From assembly GCA_051531975.1 (NCBI GenBank), contig JAOPTT010000009.1, forward strand, positions 352,001 to 416,000: DNA of 64,000 bases, written 5' to 3'. Below the pieces are notes generated by a model, which saw only the letters and a program-made list of their open reading frames with translations, was not told where the DNA came from and searched no databases. Origin of the DNA: Spirochaetaceae bacterium. GTDB taxonomy: Bacteria > Spirochaetota > Spirochaetia > DSM-2461. Numbering within the stretch: position 1 is the first letter of the stretch; each line of letters opens with the position of its first letter. Position numbers and translations under genes: made by a program. Shown piece by piece: positions 20,026 to 30,443 of this stretch.

Positions 20026-22086
20026 TTACCCCCAATAATTATTTAACATAGGTGCTATAACTAAAGATATAACAGCCATAAGTTTAATTAAAATGTTTAA
20101 TGATGGACCAGCAGTATCTTTAAATGGATCTCCAACTGTGTCCCCAACAACAGAAGCTTTATATACTTCTTCTGTTTTTTGTATCGTTTTATCAGCTTCA
20201 ATCATTTTTTTAGCATTATCCCAAGCTCCACCTGAGTTTGACATAAACGTTGCCATTAAAACACCAGAAGCTGTAACACCAACTAATAATCCAGCTAACA
20301 TTGCAGGACCACCTGTAAAACCTACAAGAATAGGTGTTACAATTGAAATAATCCCTGGTAACATCATCTTATTAAGTGCAGATTTAGTACTTATATCTAT
20401 ACACTTCATATAATCTGGTGTCTCTGTTCCAAGCATTATACCTTTATGCTCCTTAAACTGTCTTCTAACCTCTTCTATCATGTCAAATGCAGCTTTACCT
20501 ACAGCATCAATAGCCAATGCTGAGAATAGAAAAGGAACCATTGCTCCTATAAATACACCGGATAAAACCATAGTATCCATTAGATCTATAACACCAACAC
20601 CACTTAACTCTTTAAAGGATGCAAATAGGATTATAGATGTTAAAGCTGCAGAACCAATTGCAAAACCTTTACCAATAGCAGCTGTAGTATTTCCAACAGC
20701 ATCTAGTTCATCGGTTCTCTCTCTAACTACCTTAGGGAACTCCGCCATAACAGCAAGTCCTCCAGCATTGTCAGCTATAGGTCCATATGCATCTACTGCT
20801 AACTGAATACTTAAAGTTAATAACATACCTAAAGCACTAATACCAACTCCATAAAACCCTGCTAATTTATGCGAAATTAAAATTGCAGCTACTATTATCA
20901 TTATAGGTGCAACTGTGGACATCATTCCAACACCTAATCCACTAATTATATTTGTAGCAGAACCTGTTTTGCAAGCTGTTACAATTTTTTTTACTGGACC
21001 TGTACCGGTTCCTGTAAACATTTGAGTACTAATTCCGATTGCAACTCCAGCTGCAAGCCCTGTAATTGTAGCAATAAATATATCTAAAAAGTTCGCACCA
21101 TTATTAAATGTCTCACCTTTAAACATAAAATATGCGACAGGTAAAACAAGTAGTGTTGTTAAAATTGCTGCACCAAATGTTCCTGTGTTTAGAGCTGCTT
21201 GTGCTGATTTAGTATCTGTAATTTTTACAAAGAACATTCCTAAAATAGAACACAACGCACCAACACCAACAATTATTAATGGGAAGAATGCTAACTTTAT
21301 CTGCATCTCTCCTGTTGCAATTGCACTGATTCCTAAAATCATGGCACCAACTATTGATCCTACAAAGGATTCAAAAAGGTCAGCTCCCATTCCGGCAACA
21401 TCACCTACATTGTCTCCAACATTATCTGCAATTGTTGCAGGATTTCTTGGGTCGTCTTCTGGAATTCCAGCTTCTACTTTCCCAACTAAATCTGCACCAA
21501 CGTCGGCAGCTTTAGTAAATATACCACCACCAACTCTAGCAAATAGTGCAACTGATGAAGCACCTAATGAATAACCTGTTAAAATAGGGAAGATAGTATC
21601 TCTTAGAGTCGTTCCTTCCATTCCAAAAAACTTTGTTGTTACAAATAAAATAATAAAAAGTCCAAGAAGCGCTAAACCTGTAACAGTTAACCCCATTACT
21701 GAACCACCTCTAAATGCAACCTTTAAAGCGCTGTTTAATCCTTTCTCAGCAGCTGTTGTAGTTCTAGAGTTACTTGCAGTTGCTACCTTCATACCGATAT
21801 AACCTGCTAACCCTGAACAAAAAGCTCCTAAAATAAAACTAACAAACTGTAACTTAATGTAACCCTTATTTCCAATACCTAAAAATAGTGCAACTATAAT
21901 AATAAAGGGTAGTAGTGTTTGATACTCCCTTTTTAAAAATGCCATCGCTCCTTCTGATATGTATCCTGCAATCTCAACCAATTTACCTTCTTTAATAGGT
22001 TGCTTGTAGATCCACTTTGTTCTACTTAGTGCAAAGCCTAACGTGATAATTGCAGTACCAAGGGCGATATAAATAACCCAATCCAT
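20026..22086 (-). CDS. hppA: Membrane-bound ion-translocating pyrophosphatase, K+-dependent, probably Na+-pumping
   Basis: [65 protein letters not shown]. Confidence 0.95.
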   Translation of the reverse strand: MDWVIYIALGTAIITLGFALSRTKWIYKQPIKEGKLVEIAGYISEGAMAFLKREYQTLLPFIIIVALFLGIGNKGYIKLQFVSFILGAFCSGLAGYIGMKVATASNSRTTTAAEKGLNSALKVAFRGGSVMGLTVTGLALLGLFIILFVTTKFFGMEGTTLRDTIFPILTGYSLGASSVALFARVGGGIFTKAADVGADLVGKVEAGIPEDDPRNPATIADNVGDNVGDVAGMGADLFESFVGSIVGAMILGISAIATGEMQIKLAFFPLIIVGVGALCSILGMFFVKITDTKSAQAALNTGTFGAAILTTLLVLPVAYFMFKGETFNNGANFLDIFIATITGLAAGVAIGISTQMFTGTGTGPVKKIVTACKTGSATNIISGLGVGMMSTVAPIMIIVAAILISHKLAGFYGVGISALGMLLTLSIQLAVDAYGPIADNAGGLAVMAEFPKVVRERTDELDAVGNTTAAIGKGFAIGSAALTSIILFASFKELSGVGVIDLMDTMVLSGVFIGAMVPFLFSALAIDAVGKAAFDMIEEVRRQFKEHKGIMLGTETPDYMKCIDISTKSALNKMMLPGIISIVTPILVGFTGGPAMLAGLLVGVTASGVLMATFMSNSGGAWDNAKKMIEADKTIQKTEEVYKASVVGDTVGDPFKDTAGPSLNILIKLMAVISLVIAPMLNNYWG

Positions 22087-22215
22087 TCCGATTTTCTCCT
22101 CTTCGTATAAGTAAAACTAATATTATGTATTAGTTTTGTAACTACTATAACTGATAAATTAGAACAATGCTATTAATTTTTTTAAAAGAATTATAATAAA
22201 ATGTGAATTTAAAAC

Positions 22216-22267
22216 TTCACAATATAGAAATGTCGTTGTATGATTCCTGATGAGCGAATGCTCGCTC
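22216..22267 (+). promoter_or_regulatory. sigma70-type promoter followed by a GAGCGA-N4-TCGCTC operator
   Basis: TTCACA (22216-22221), 17 nt, TATGAT (22239-22244); palindrome GAGCGAATGCTCGCTC at 22252-22267. Confidence 0.65.
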
Positions 22268-22286
22268 TATTGAATGGGAGGTTTTT

Positions 22287-23198
22287 ATGAAAAGAATTAT
22301 TACACTATTGGTTATTACTTTATTATCAATTAGCTCAATTATATCTATTGATCAGAAGCAGTTTGACAGGTTAGATGAACTTTTTAAACTAGATATGGAT
22401 AAAGATGGTTATGCTCTTGTTAAGCAGACTCTTCCAAAAGCTAAAACAGATTTAGAAAAAGCTGAAGTTTTATGGCGGTATTCTCAGTTTACCCACGAGA
22501 TGGCAACTATCATTAAAAAAGAAGGTGCAGATAAAAATATTGTTTTGGATAAATTCATGGAGGGGCATAAGCTTGCCACAGATTCTATAAAATTAAATCC
22601 AAAATCTCCTTGGGGATACTATTGGAGAGCTGCAAACATTGGTAGTTGGGGTAGTACTAAGGGAATAATAGATTCTGTTGGAAAAATAGGTGAAATGAAA
22701 GATGACTTAGCTATAGCCGTGGAAATTGATCCTAAACATGGAGATTCATGGTCAGTATTAGCTCTGTTATCCGCGGATGTTCCTGGAGTTCTTGGTGGAA
22801 GCATGGATAGAGCTGTAAGTTTAGATAGAAAAGCAGCCAGTGTTTGGAATGGGAAAGATGATCTTCCTATTGAGTGGTTTACAGAAATGGCTAACCACAT
22901 GTATAAACGTGATTGGAGTGTTAAAAAGAGAAACTCATCACTATCTAAGAAGTCAAAAAAGTTTAAAAAAGAGAAGTCTTTGGTTGATAAAAATGAATAT
23001 TATGAGGGCACGTTAGATTTCTCTAAAAAAGCACTTTATACGGATACCCCATTAAACAAGTTATCGGATAAAGAAGAGTCTAAACAGGTATATATATGGA
23101 TGGTGAAACAATTAGAAAAAATACCAAATAGATCTAAGTATCTAACTAAACGGCTAGAGGGTTTTAAAAACACCATAAAAGATAGGGATTGGACATAA
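22287..23198 (+). CDS. Exported TPR-like helical protein
   Basis: Signal peptide; AEVLWRYS, LNPKSPWGYYWRAANIG, AVEIDPKHGDSWSVLALL TPR-like helices; GGGAGG RBS. Confidence 0.7.
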   Translation: MKRIITLLVITLLSISSIISIDQKQFDRLDELFKLDMDKDGYALVKQTLPKAKTDLEKAEVLWRYSQFTHEMATIIKKEGADKNIVLDKFMEGHKLATDSIKLNPKSPWGYYWRAANIGSWGSTKGIIDSVGKIGEMKDDLAIAVEIDPKHGDSWSVLALLSADVPGVLGGSMDRAVSLDRKAASVWNGKDDLPIEWFTEMANHMYKRDWSVKKRNSSLSKKSKKFKKEKSLVDKNEYYEGTLDFSKKALYTDTPLNKLSDKEESKQVYIWMVKQLEKIPNRSKYLTKRLEGFKNTIKDRDWT

Positions 23199-23206
23199 CT
23201 ATTTCG

Positions 23207-23247
23207 ACTGCCCTTAAGGTTTTATAAAGAGCATCCTGTAGGGCAGT
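23207..23247. terminator. Hairpin between convergent genes
   Basis: ACTGCCCT...AGGGCAGT inverted repeat. Confidence 0.6.
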
Positions 23248-23250
23248 TTA

Positions 23251-23910
23251 TTATATTGTTAAAGAACGGCGAATGAATAACATTATTTCTTTAATTAGAT
23301 CATCCTTATCTGGGTTCTGATTATTTAGAAATATATTCATTCTTTTTTTATAATAATCCGAGGTAAATGAAAACTGACACATCACTATTAGATTATCAAT
23401 ACAAAATGCAGAAGTATTTATGTCTAAACTAGAGTCTAATTGTCCCCGTTCGACTGCTTTTCGCAAAATGGTATGGTAATTAAAGGAGGTCATATCCTCT
23501 AGTTGGTGGGATAATCGATCTGCTAGATGGCTCATGCCCTGTGTCGTTAAGTCCAGGTAAAGTTGGTTCATTTCTTGATGATTTTGAGCGTATTTTTTTG
23601 CAACATTCAAAATATCTTCGAAAATTTGAAATATATCGACTTGGTCTAAATCTACTTCTGCTAAAGCAGCCTGTAAAATTTCATGGCCGTAATTTATTAC
23701 AGTTAGGTATAGATCGTCCTTGGATTCAAAATACGAATACATGGAACCAATACTAATTCCAGCTTCTGTAGCTATATTATTAATGTTGGTATATCGAAAA
23801 CCATATTTAGCAAAATTTGAGATTGCAGCATCAAGAACTTTCTGTTTTCTATCTGGATTTATTTTTGAGAATGTTGGTTTATTAAACAAGTTTTCTGTTG
23901 ATTCGGGCAT
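23251..23910 (-). CDS. TetR/AcrR-family transcriptional regulator
   Basis: VLDAAISNFAKYGFRYTNINNIATEAGISIGSMYSYFESKDDLY HTH. Confidence 0.92.
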   Translation of the reverse strand: MPESTENLFNKPTFSKINPDRKQKVLDAAISNFAKYGFRYTNINNIATEAGISIGSMYSYFESKDDLYLTVINYGHEILQAALAEVDLDQVDIFQIFEDILNVAKKYAQNHQEMNQLYLDLTTQGMSHLADRLSHQLEDMTSFNYHTILRKAVERGQLDSSLDINTSAFCIDNLIVMCQFSFTSDYYKKRMNIFLNNQNPDKDDLIKEIMLFIRRSLTI

Positions 23911-24188
23911 AGGTTTATTTTAGCCTAACCAATAATAGTTTACAACAAAATTATACAATTAGAATCTTGTGACTTCATGTCCTAAGCTGTAATTGAAGTT
24001 AAATAAGTTGGTGAATAAGTATTTTAAAACTGAAGAATATTGGAGGAGAACTATAAAACTCATAATTAAATAGATTAATTATGCATTGTAGACCCATTAT
24101 CATATTGCGGTATATGGGTTATCGTATTACAATAACCCTAGTCGGATATAGAATGCATGTTCGTAAATACGATTAGGCAGGGAGAAAC

Positions 24189-24944
24189 ATGGCAGGGAAT
24201 AGGTCAGTTAAAAGAGGAATTCAAATACTAGATTTAGTCTCAAAAAGTAAACAAGGTATAAGTTTAAAAGAGATTGTCGCTAGATTTGAGATTCCAAAAA
24301 CTAGTGGGTTTGATATTGTTAAAGAGCTAGTGGACAGTGGTATGATTGTTGAAACTAGAGGTGAAATAAACACATATACTGTTGGATTAAAAGCGTTCCA
24401 GATTGGAAATGAATATTTAAGAGAGACTGATTTAATAACAACTGCAAAACCTTACGTTATATCAATGGCAGAAACAATAAATAAAACTGCATTTATTGCT
24501 GTAATGAGCGAGGGTTTTGTTACTTATTTATATAAATATGAACCACCAACATCGATTATTACAACTTCCAATATTGGAACAAAAAACTCTATTCATTGTA
24601 CATCTTTAGGTAAAGCTATGTTATCTGGAATGTCTGATGCAGAAGTTAAAAGTCACTTGAAATATATTACTTATACAAAGATGACAGATAAAACAATTAA
24701 GAATGAAAAAGAACTACTAGAGAGCCTTAAAGTCTCTAGGGAATTAGGTTATGCAGTTGATGATAGGGAGATTGAAGATCATACCCTATGTATCGGTTCT
24801 GCAATATATGACCATACAGGTAGTGTTGTTGCAGGACTATCCGTGTCTGGATTTTACAATAAAGATCGTGACGTAGCTTTCGAGGGAAATCAGATAAAAA
24901 ATGCAGCTTTAGAAATTAGTAAAAAATTAGGATATAAGGGGTAG
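24189..24944 (+). CDS. IclR-family transcriptional regulator
   Basis: N-terminal HTH (SVKRGIQILDLV...IPKTS), HCTSLGKAML, GYAVDDREIE. Confidence 0.92.
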   Translation: MAGNRSVKRGIQILDLVSKSKQGISLKEIVARFEIPKTSGFDIVKELVDSGMIVETRGEINTYTVGLKAFQIGNEYLRETDLITTAKPYVISMAETINKTAFIAVMSEGFVTYLYKYEPPTSIITTSNIGTKNSIHCTSLGKAMLSGMSDAEVKSHLKYITYTKMTDKTIKNEKELLESLKVSRELGYAVDDREIEDHTLCIGSAIYDHTGSVVAGLSVSGFYNKDRDVAFEGNQIKNAALEISKKLGYKG

Positions 24945-24947
24945 AGA

Positions 24948-26771
24948 ATGGATGAAGATATTCCAATGTCATTAAAAATGGGTGCTAAATCTTTTAAAGG
25001 TATAGAAGACTTAGCTAAAGGAAATAAGATAGACGAGAAACAGATACTAGATATTTGTGACTTTATAGATAACAGACTCGATTGTGCAGATTTTAGAGTA
25101 ATTTCAATTTTAAGAACACTATATTCTTATCAGGCTCTTCTTAGTAAAGAAACTATAACTAGAATGGAAACAACAATTTTAGGGTTTAAATATTGGATGG
25201 ATGAACCTGGGGATGATTCTATGTGTTACTGGTCAGAAAATCATCAGATTCTATTTTTTACCTGTGGTTATCTAGCTGGGCAGCTTTATAAAAAGTCAAA
25301 CTTTAAAAACTCTAACCGTAGTGGACTAGAGATGATGGAAATATTTAAACCAAGAATTATTGCTTGGCTAAAACAGAGGTTTGAACATGGTTTTGTGGAG
25401 TGGCATTCTAATACATATTATGAAGAAGATATTCCTCCTTTAACATTATTAATAGACTTTGCCGATGATAAAAATATACAAGTAAAGGCTACTATGATTT
25501 TAGACCTGTTTATTGCTGATATGGCGATGCATAACTTTAAAGGTCTATTTGCAGTAACCAGTGGTCGATGTTACGAAGAACAAAAAAGAGGTCCTTTGAC
25601 TCAAGATACTTTACAAATTGCAGAGTTTCTTTTTGGACAGAGATATTCCACTGACTTTGATTATTCTAGAATCTCAGCTAATTTAATACTTTGTAAAAAC
25701 TATAAACTTCCTAGTGTTATAAAGGATATAGCTTTAGATGAGCAAGAAACTGTAATAAAAACTAGTATGGGCCATGATTTAGCTGAACTTAAAGATATTA
25801 GAAAAGAGAAAGGGGTTGAGACTGGGAGTTACCTTCAGTGGGCTATGGAAAGTTTTACAAACCCTGAAATAATACAAAACACTCTAAAAATGTATAGAAA
25901 ATATAATATGAAGAGTAATATCTTTTTAAAAGATCTTGGGATGTTGGATATGAAGATATTAGGCCCTCTTTTACCTACAATATCTAGAGTTTTAAATCCG
26001 ATGTTAGACGGTGTTGCTATTCAGAAAGTAAACTCTTATACGTATAAAAACAGAGATTTTATACTTTCTACAGCACAAAACCACTATCCAGGAACTTTTG
26101 GTGACCAGCAACATATCTGGCAAGCTACTATAAATGAAAAAATTACAATTTTTACTACCCACCCTGGGATTGCTGCATTTGATGATAATGCAAGAAGTTT
26201 TTCTCCATCCTATTGGGTTGGAAACGCTAAAATGCCCCACAGTATTCAACATGAAAATATAAATATGTCTATCTATAAAGTTGATCAAAGAAAAGGGTTT
26301 ATGGAAAAAGAGAGACAACATTTTACCCATGCTCATTTCCCTACTGGGGAATTTGATAAGTTTGTAATAGAGGATAACTATATTTTTGGAACTGTTGACA
26401 ATGTTAAAGTTGCATTAATTGGTAAAGAAAAATTGTCAATAAACCCGGAAGATCCATCAGATATATTACAACACGGTAAAGTTACATACTGGATATGTGA
26501 GCTTTCAAATAGTGTTGAAACTTTTGAGGAGTTTATGTTAAGGATAAAATCCATTGATATTAAGTTTAATAATCTAAAGCTTAGTTATAAGGATTTAGAA
26601 TTAACATGGAAAGGGGACTTTAAGGTTAATAACAAAGTTATAGATACAAATTACAATCGTGTTGAGTCTATTTATGGAAATTCAAAACGGTGTGATCAAG
26701 ATATTGAAATTGCTTTTAATGGTAAAAAACTACTATTGAATTTTAATAAAAACAACCGGGTTGAACTATGA
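24948..26771 (+). CDS. Hypothetical cytoplasmic protein, possibly with a heparinase/lyase-like fold
   Basis: 607-aa ORF; YWSENHQIL, EWHSNTYY, SGRCYE, GDQQHIWQ, FTTHP; helical N-half and beta-rich C-half. Fold is inferred. Confidence 0.55.
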   Translation: MDEDIPMSLKMGAKSFKGIEDLAKGNKIDEKQILDICDFIDNRLDCADFRVISILRTLYSYQALLSKETITRMETTILGFKYWMDEPGDDSMCYWSENHQILFFTCGYLAGQLYKKSNFKNSNRSGLEMMEIFKPRIIAWLKQRFEHGFVEWHSNTYYEEDIPPLTLLIDFADDKNIQVKATMILDLFIADMAMHNFKGLFAVTSGRCYEEQKRGPLTQDTLQIAEFLFGQRYSTDFDYSRISANLILCKNYKLPSVIKDIALDEQETVIKTSMGHDLAELKDIRKEKGVETGSYLQWAMESFTNPEIIQNTLKMYRKYNMKSNIFLKDLGMLDMKILGPLLPTISRVLNPMLDGVAIQKVNSYTYKNRDFILSTAQNHYPGTFGDQQHIWQATINEKITIFTTHPGIAAFDDNARSFSPSYWVGNAKMPHSIQHENINMSIYKVDQRKGFMEKERQHFTHAHFPTGEFDKFVIEDNYIFGTVDNVKVALIGKEKLSINPEDPSDILQHGKVTYWICELSNSVETFEEFMLRIKSIDIKFNNLKLSYKDLELTWKGDFKVNNKVIDTNYNRVESIYGNSKRCDQDIEIAFNGKKLLLNFNKNNRVEL

Positions 26772-26788
26772 GCCCTATAGGAAATACT

Positions 26789-28459
26789 ATGAAAAAATTG
26801 AAGTTTAAAGAGATGGCAACATTTGCCTCAGGAGATCTTTTTGGTGGGGGAGCACAATTAATAATTGGTTTCTTCTATTTAAGGTTTTTAACAGATGTAG
26901 TAAGAATTAATCCAATTCTTGCAGGTACTGTTATTCTACTTTCTAAAGTTTGGGATGCAATAAGTGACCCACTGATGGGGAGTATTACTGATAATACAAG
27001 ATCAAAATATGGCCGTAGAAGACCATATCTATTAGCAGGTTTTTTCCTAATTGTTATAGCGTTTACCTTATTGTGGTACTCTCCAAACCTAGCGTCCCAG
27101 GGTTCGAAATTTGCATTTGTTGTTTTTAGTTATATGTTTTACTCCACCGTTTCTACGGTTGTAATGGTTCCATATACAGCAATGTCTTCAGAAATTAGTC
27201 AGGTAGTAAAAGAACGGGATATCGTTAATGGTGCTAGACTATTTTTCTCTCAGTTATCCTCACTTTTAGGTGCTGTACTTCCTATGTTAATAGTTGGAAT
27301 GTTCTCAGAAAAACTAGGGTATGTTGCCATGGGTCTTGTCTTTGGTCTATTTTATGCCGTTCCATTTTTGGGAATCTTCTTCTGGTGTAAAGAGAGAACT
27401 CCTATTCCTAAAGAGAGAACACATTTTAGTATTAAAAAAACTCTCTCTCCTTTTAAAATTAAAACCTACAGATCTCTAATTGGAATGTATTTATCAGCAT
27501 TTTTTGTAATGGATGTTGTTAGTGCAATATTTACATACTACATGACATATCTAATAGGCCGAGAAGACTTATTAGAATTAGTACTAGGTACAATGTTATT
27601 AACACAGATTGTGGCACTAGCCTTTGTAGTTGTGTTAGCTGAAAAAATTGGAAAACCTAAAACCTTTATATTAGGTTCTATTATATTTATTATAGGAGCA
27701 TTTGCCCTTGGTTTTTACAATGTTAATTGGCATATTGCAGCAATTTTTATTATATCTGGAGTTGTTGGTTTAGGTCTTATTGGGTGTATTGTTATTCCTT
27801 GGATTATGTTTCCAGACGTAACAGATATTTCTGAACTTGCATTTGGCGAGAGACGAAGTGGAGCATTTGCTGGATTTATGACATTTATGAGAAAGTTCTC
27901 TTCGGCTATAGGTATCTGGGTTGTTGGTTTTATGCTTCAGTTTTCTGGTTATATACTACCAGGAGATGTAATAATACCTGTTGATTCTAAAGTACAGATG
28001 AATGCTGAATCTAATATCGAAATAGATATGGGTAAAGATGGCTCCACTGATATTATAATAAATATGAACAACGAGGAAGTTACATTTGTAACAGACCAAG
28101 ATATGGAATATCAATTTTCTGAGGTTGTTCTAACAATGAAAAAGAGGGGAGAACAACAGCTTGCTATTGCAATTCAGAAAGACTTAAAAGTATCTAAAGC
28201 ATATGACTTTGGAGAAACTTCTACTATGAAGTCTATAAAATCATTTAATCAACCTGCTACTTTTATTATGGGTCTTAGAATTGTTGTATTTGTTCTACCT
28301 GGACTAATGCTATTGTTAGCAATTTTTATAGCTAAAAAATATCCACTAACAAAAGATGTACATAATCGTCTACTTCACTATTTCAAAATTAAAAATGGTG
28401 AGTCAGATGACACTATTACTGAAGAAGAGATTCAAGAATTAAAAGATATATTAATCTAA
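26789..28459 (+). CDS. MFS glycoside-pentoside-hexuronide (GPH) symporter with a large loop insertion
   Basis: KVWDAISDPLMGSITDNTRSKYGRRRPY, PDVTD, YPLTK; ATG 26789 after AGGA preferred (alternative start 26768). Confidence 0.88.
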   Translation: MKKLKFKEMATFASGDLFGGGAQLIIGFFYLRFLTDVVRINPILAGTVILLSKVWDAISDPLMGSITDNTRSKYGRRRPYLLAGFFLIVIAFTLLWYSPNLASQGSKFAFVVFSYMFYSTVSTVVMVPYTAMSSEISQVVKERDIVNGARLFFSQLSSLLGAVLPMLIVGMFSEKLGYVAMGLVFGLFYAVPFLGIFFWCKERTPIPKERTHFSIKKTLSPFKIKTYRSLIGMYLSAFFVMDVVSAIFTYYMTYLIGREDLLELVLGTMLLTQIVALAFVVVLAEKIGKPKTFILGSIIFIIGAFALGFYNVNWHIAAIFIISGVVGLGLIGCIVIPWIMFPDVTDISELAFGERRSGAFAGFMTFMRKFSSAIGIWVVGFMLQFSGYILPGDVIIPVDSKVQMNAESNIEIDMGKDGSTDIIINMNNEEVTFVTDQDMEYQFSEVVLTMKKRGEQQLAIAIQKDLKVSKAYDFGETSTMKSIKSFNQPATFIMGLRIVVFVLPGLMLLLAIFIAKKYPLTKDVHNRLLHYFKIKNGESDDTITEEEIQELKDILI

Positions 28460-28472
28460 GGAGATTTTAAAT

Positions 28473-29543
28473 ATGGAAAATAAGTTTGATAAAATAATTG
28501 AACTTGCAGATGCTACAACCAAGAGACTTAAATATAATAAGATTCCTTGGATGTGGGGAGAGGCTCTGTTAATGCACTCTATGGGTCTGTTAAACGAAAC
28601 TTTAGGTGAGGACAGATATACAGACTATATTCAAAACTACGCTGACTACCACATAAACAAAGGGTGCAGAATAGATCAGTCTGATACGTTAGCACCAACT
28701 CTGGCTACTTACTATTTACAAAAAAAGTACCCAGAAATGGATTATAAAAAGACTACAGATCGAGGTCTGGATTACATTAAAAACTCAGAGAAGATTATTC
28801 ATAATATGCCTAACCACCTAGGCCACTCTCTAGAGGGTAAATTATATCCTAAAAGTATCTGGGTTGACTCAATAATGATGTACGGAGTTTTTACAAGTCT
28901 GTATGCAAAAGAGCAAAATGACGAGTGGTTAATGGACTTTGCTAAAACTCAGCCAGCCTTTTTTAGAAAATACCTCCAGGACTCTGATGATAAACTATTT
29001 GTTCATTGTTATTGGACTAAAAGCGAAAAACAGTACCCAAATAAGCTTTATTGGGGCCGAGGTAACGGTTGGGTAATTGGTGCAATGCCAATGTTAATTG
29101 GTAATTTACCAGATGGACCGGAAAAAGAAGAGTGTAAAGAGATTGTAAGAGAAGTAAGTGAGGCTATTTTACAATATCAGAGACCCGATGGTTATTTTGA
29201 GTCTGTATTAAATAGGCCTGGAACTACCTTAAAAGAGAGTAGCGCAACTTCATTAATAGCTGCTGGATGGTTAAGAGCAGTTAGGGAAGGTTACTTAGAT
29301 AAAAAATTCCAAGAGCCAGCTTTAAAAGCATTTAATGCTGTAGTGGACGACTTAATAATTAAAGATGGAATGTTAAGTATGCAGCACATAAGTGCACCAA
29401 CAATTGCAATGCAATTAATCCCTGAGTTAGGGTATAAATTACAATATAAGATGCAAAAATCAGAGGACTGGTCCTACGGGTTAGCCGCACTATTTTTTGC
29501 AGGTATTGAGTATAAGAAGACAATAGAATTAAAGGAAGAGTAA
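28473..29543 (+). CDS. GH105 (GH88/105) unsaturated uronyl hydrolase
   Basis: IWVDSIMM, WGRGNGW, ESSATSL motifs; no signal peptide. Confidence 0.85.
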   Translation: MENKFDKIIELADATTKRLKYNKIPWMWGEALLMHSMGLLNETLGEDRYTDYIQNYADYHINKGCRIDQSDTLAPTLATYYLQKKYPEMDYKKTTDRGLDYIKNSEKIIHNMPNHLGHSLEGKLYPKSIWVDSIMMYGVFTSLYAKEQNDEWLMDFAKTQPAFFRKYLQDSDDKLFVHCYWTKSEKQYPNKLYWGRGNGWVIGAMPMLIGNLPDGPEKEECKEIVREVSEAILQYQRPDGYFESVLNRPGTTLKESSATSLIAAGWLRAVREGYLDKKFQEPALKAFNAVVDDLIIKDGMLSMQHISAPTIAMQLIPELGYKLQYKMQKSEDWSYGLAALFFAGIEYKKTIELKEE

Positions 29544-29547
29544 CATT

Positions 29548-30384
29548 ATGAAATTAGACACAAGGTATTCGAATCATCCAACTGATTCAAAACATTACAC
29601 AACTGACCAGTTAAGAGAGCACTACTTAATAGAGAGTGTATTTGCAAAAGATGAAGTACTTTTTACATACTCACATTACGATAGAATTATAGCTGGTGGT
29701 GTTATGCCAGTAGAAAAGACATTAGAGTTAGCAGCTTCAAGCGAGCTAGGTGTTGAATTCTTCTTAGAAAGAAGAGAAATGGGTGTTATTAATGTTGGTG
29801 GAGCTGGATCTTTAGAATTAGACGGAAAAGTTTATGATATTGCACCAAGAGATGGAATGTATGTTGGAATGGGTGTTAAAAGTGTAAAATTCACTTCTAA
29901 CGATCCTAAAAACCCAGCAAAATTCTACATTAACTCTTGCCCAGCCCACGAAAGTTTTCCAACAGTAGAAATAAAGTTTGAAAAAGCAAACCCTGTACAT
30001 TTAGGAGAGCAAGCAAACTTAAATAAAAGAACTATATATCAATATGTTCACCCTGCAGTATGTCAATCTTGTCAGTTAGTTATGGGAATGACTCTACTAG
30101 CAGAAAATAACGTTTGGAATACAATGCCTTGTCATACCCACGAAAGAAGAATGGAAGTTTATTACTACTTCGACATGAAGGAAGATACAAGAATATTCCA
30201 CATGATGGGTGAACCAACAGAGACAAGACACATTGTAATGAAAAACGACCAAGCAGTTATATCCCCAAGTTGGTCAATTCACTCAGGTGTTGGAACAAGT
30301 AACTACACATTTATTTGGGGAATGTGTGGAGAGAATAAAACATTTACAGACATGGACCACGTAGCCATGGAAACATTAAAATAA
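29548..30384 (+). CDS. kduI: 5-dehydro-4-deoxy-D-glucuronate isomerase
   Basis: YSHYDRII, FLERREMGVINVGG, WNTMPCHTHERRMEVY, SPSWSIHSG. Confidence 0.97.
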   Translation: MKLDTRYSNHPTDSKHYTTDQLREHYLIESVFAKDEVLFTYSHYDRIIAGGVMPVEKTLELAASSELGVEFFLERREMGVINVGGAGSLELDGKVYDIAPRDGMYVGMGVKSVKFTSNDPKNPAKFYINSCPAHESFPTVEIKFEKANPVHLGEQANLNKRTIYQYVHPAVCQSCQLVMGMTLLAENNVWNTMPCHTHERRMEVYYYFDMKEDTRIFHMMGEPTETRHIVMKNDQAVISPSWSIHSGVGTSNYTFIWGMCGENKTFTDMDHVAMETLK

Positions 30385-30443
30385 TAGGAGTTTGTTATGA
30401 TAAAAGATAATGACCTCCTTAATTTCATTATAGGAGAAACAAT

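Noticed and set aside
20093..21574. Three 106-129 aa plus-strand ORFs
   Set aside because: Antisense shadows of hppA with no RBS or motifs; the same applies to the other short antisense ORFs in the track.
22202..22221. TGTGAA-N8-TTCACA as a CRP or Rex site
   Set aside because: Spacing fits neither CRP (TGTGA-N6-TCACA) nor Rex (TGTGAA-N4-TTCACA); may be a real site but cannot be assigned.
24116..24172. Palindromes upstream of iclR (GGGTTAT-N9-ATAACCC and TCGTAAATACGA)
   Set aside because: Plausible IclR operators, but single dissimilar copies give too little support.
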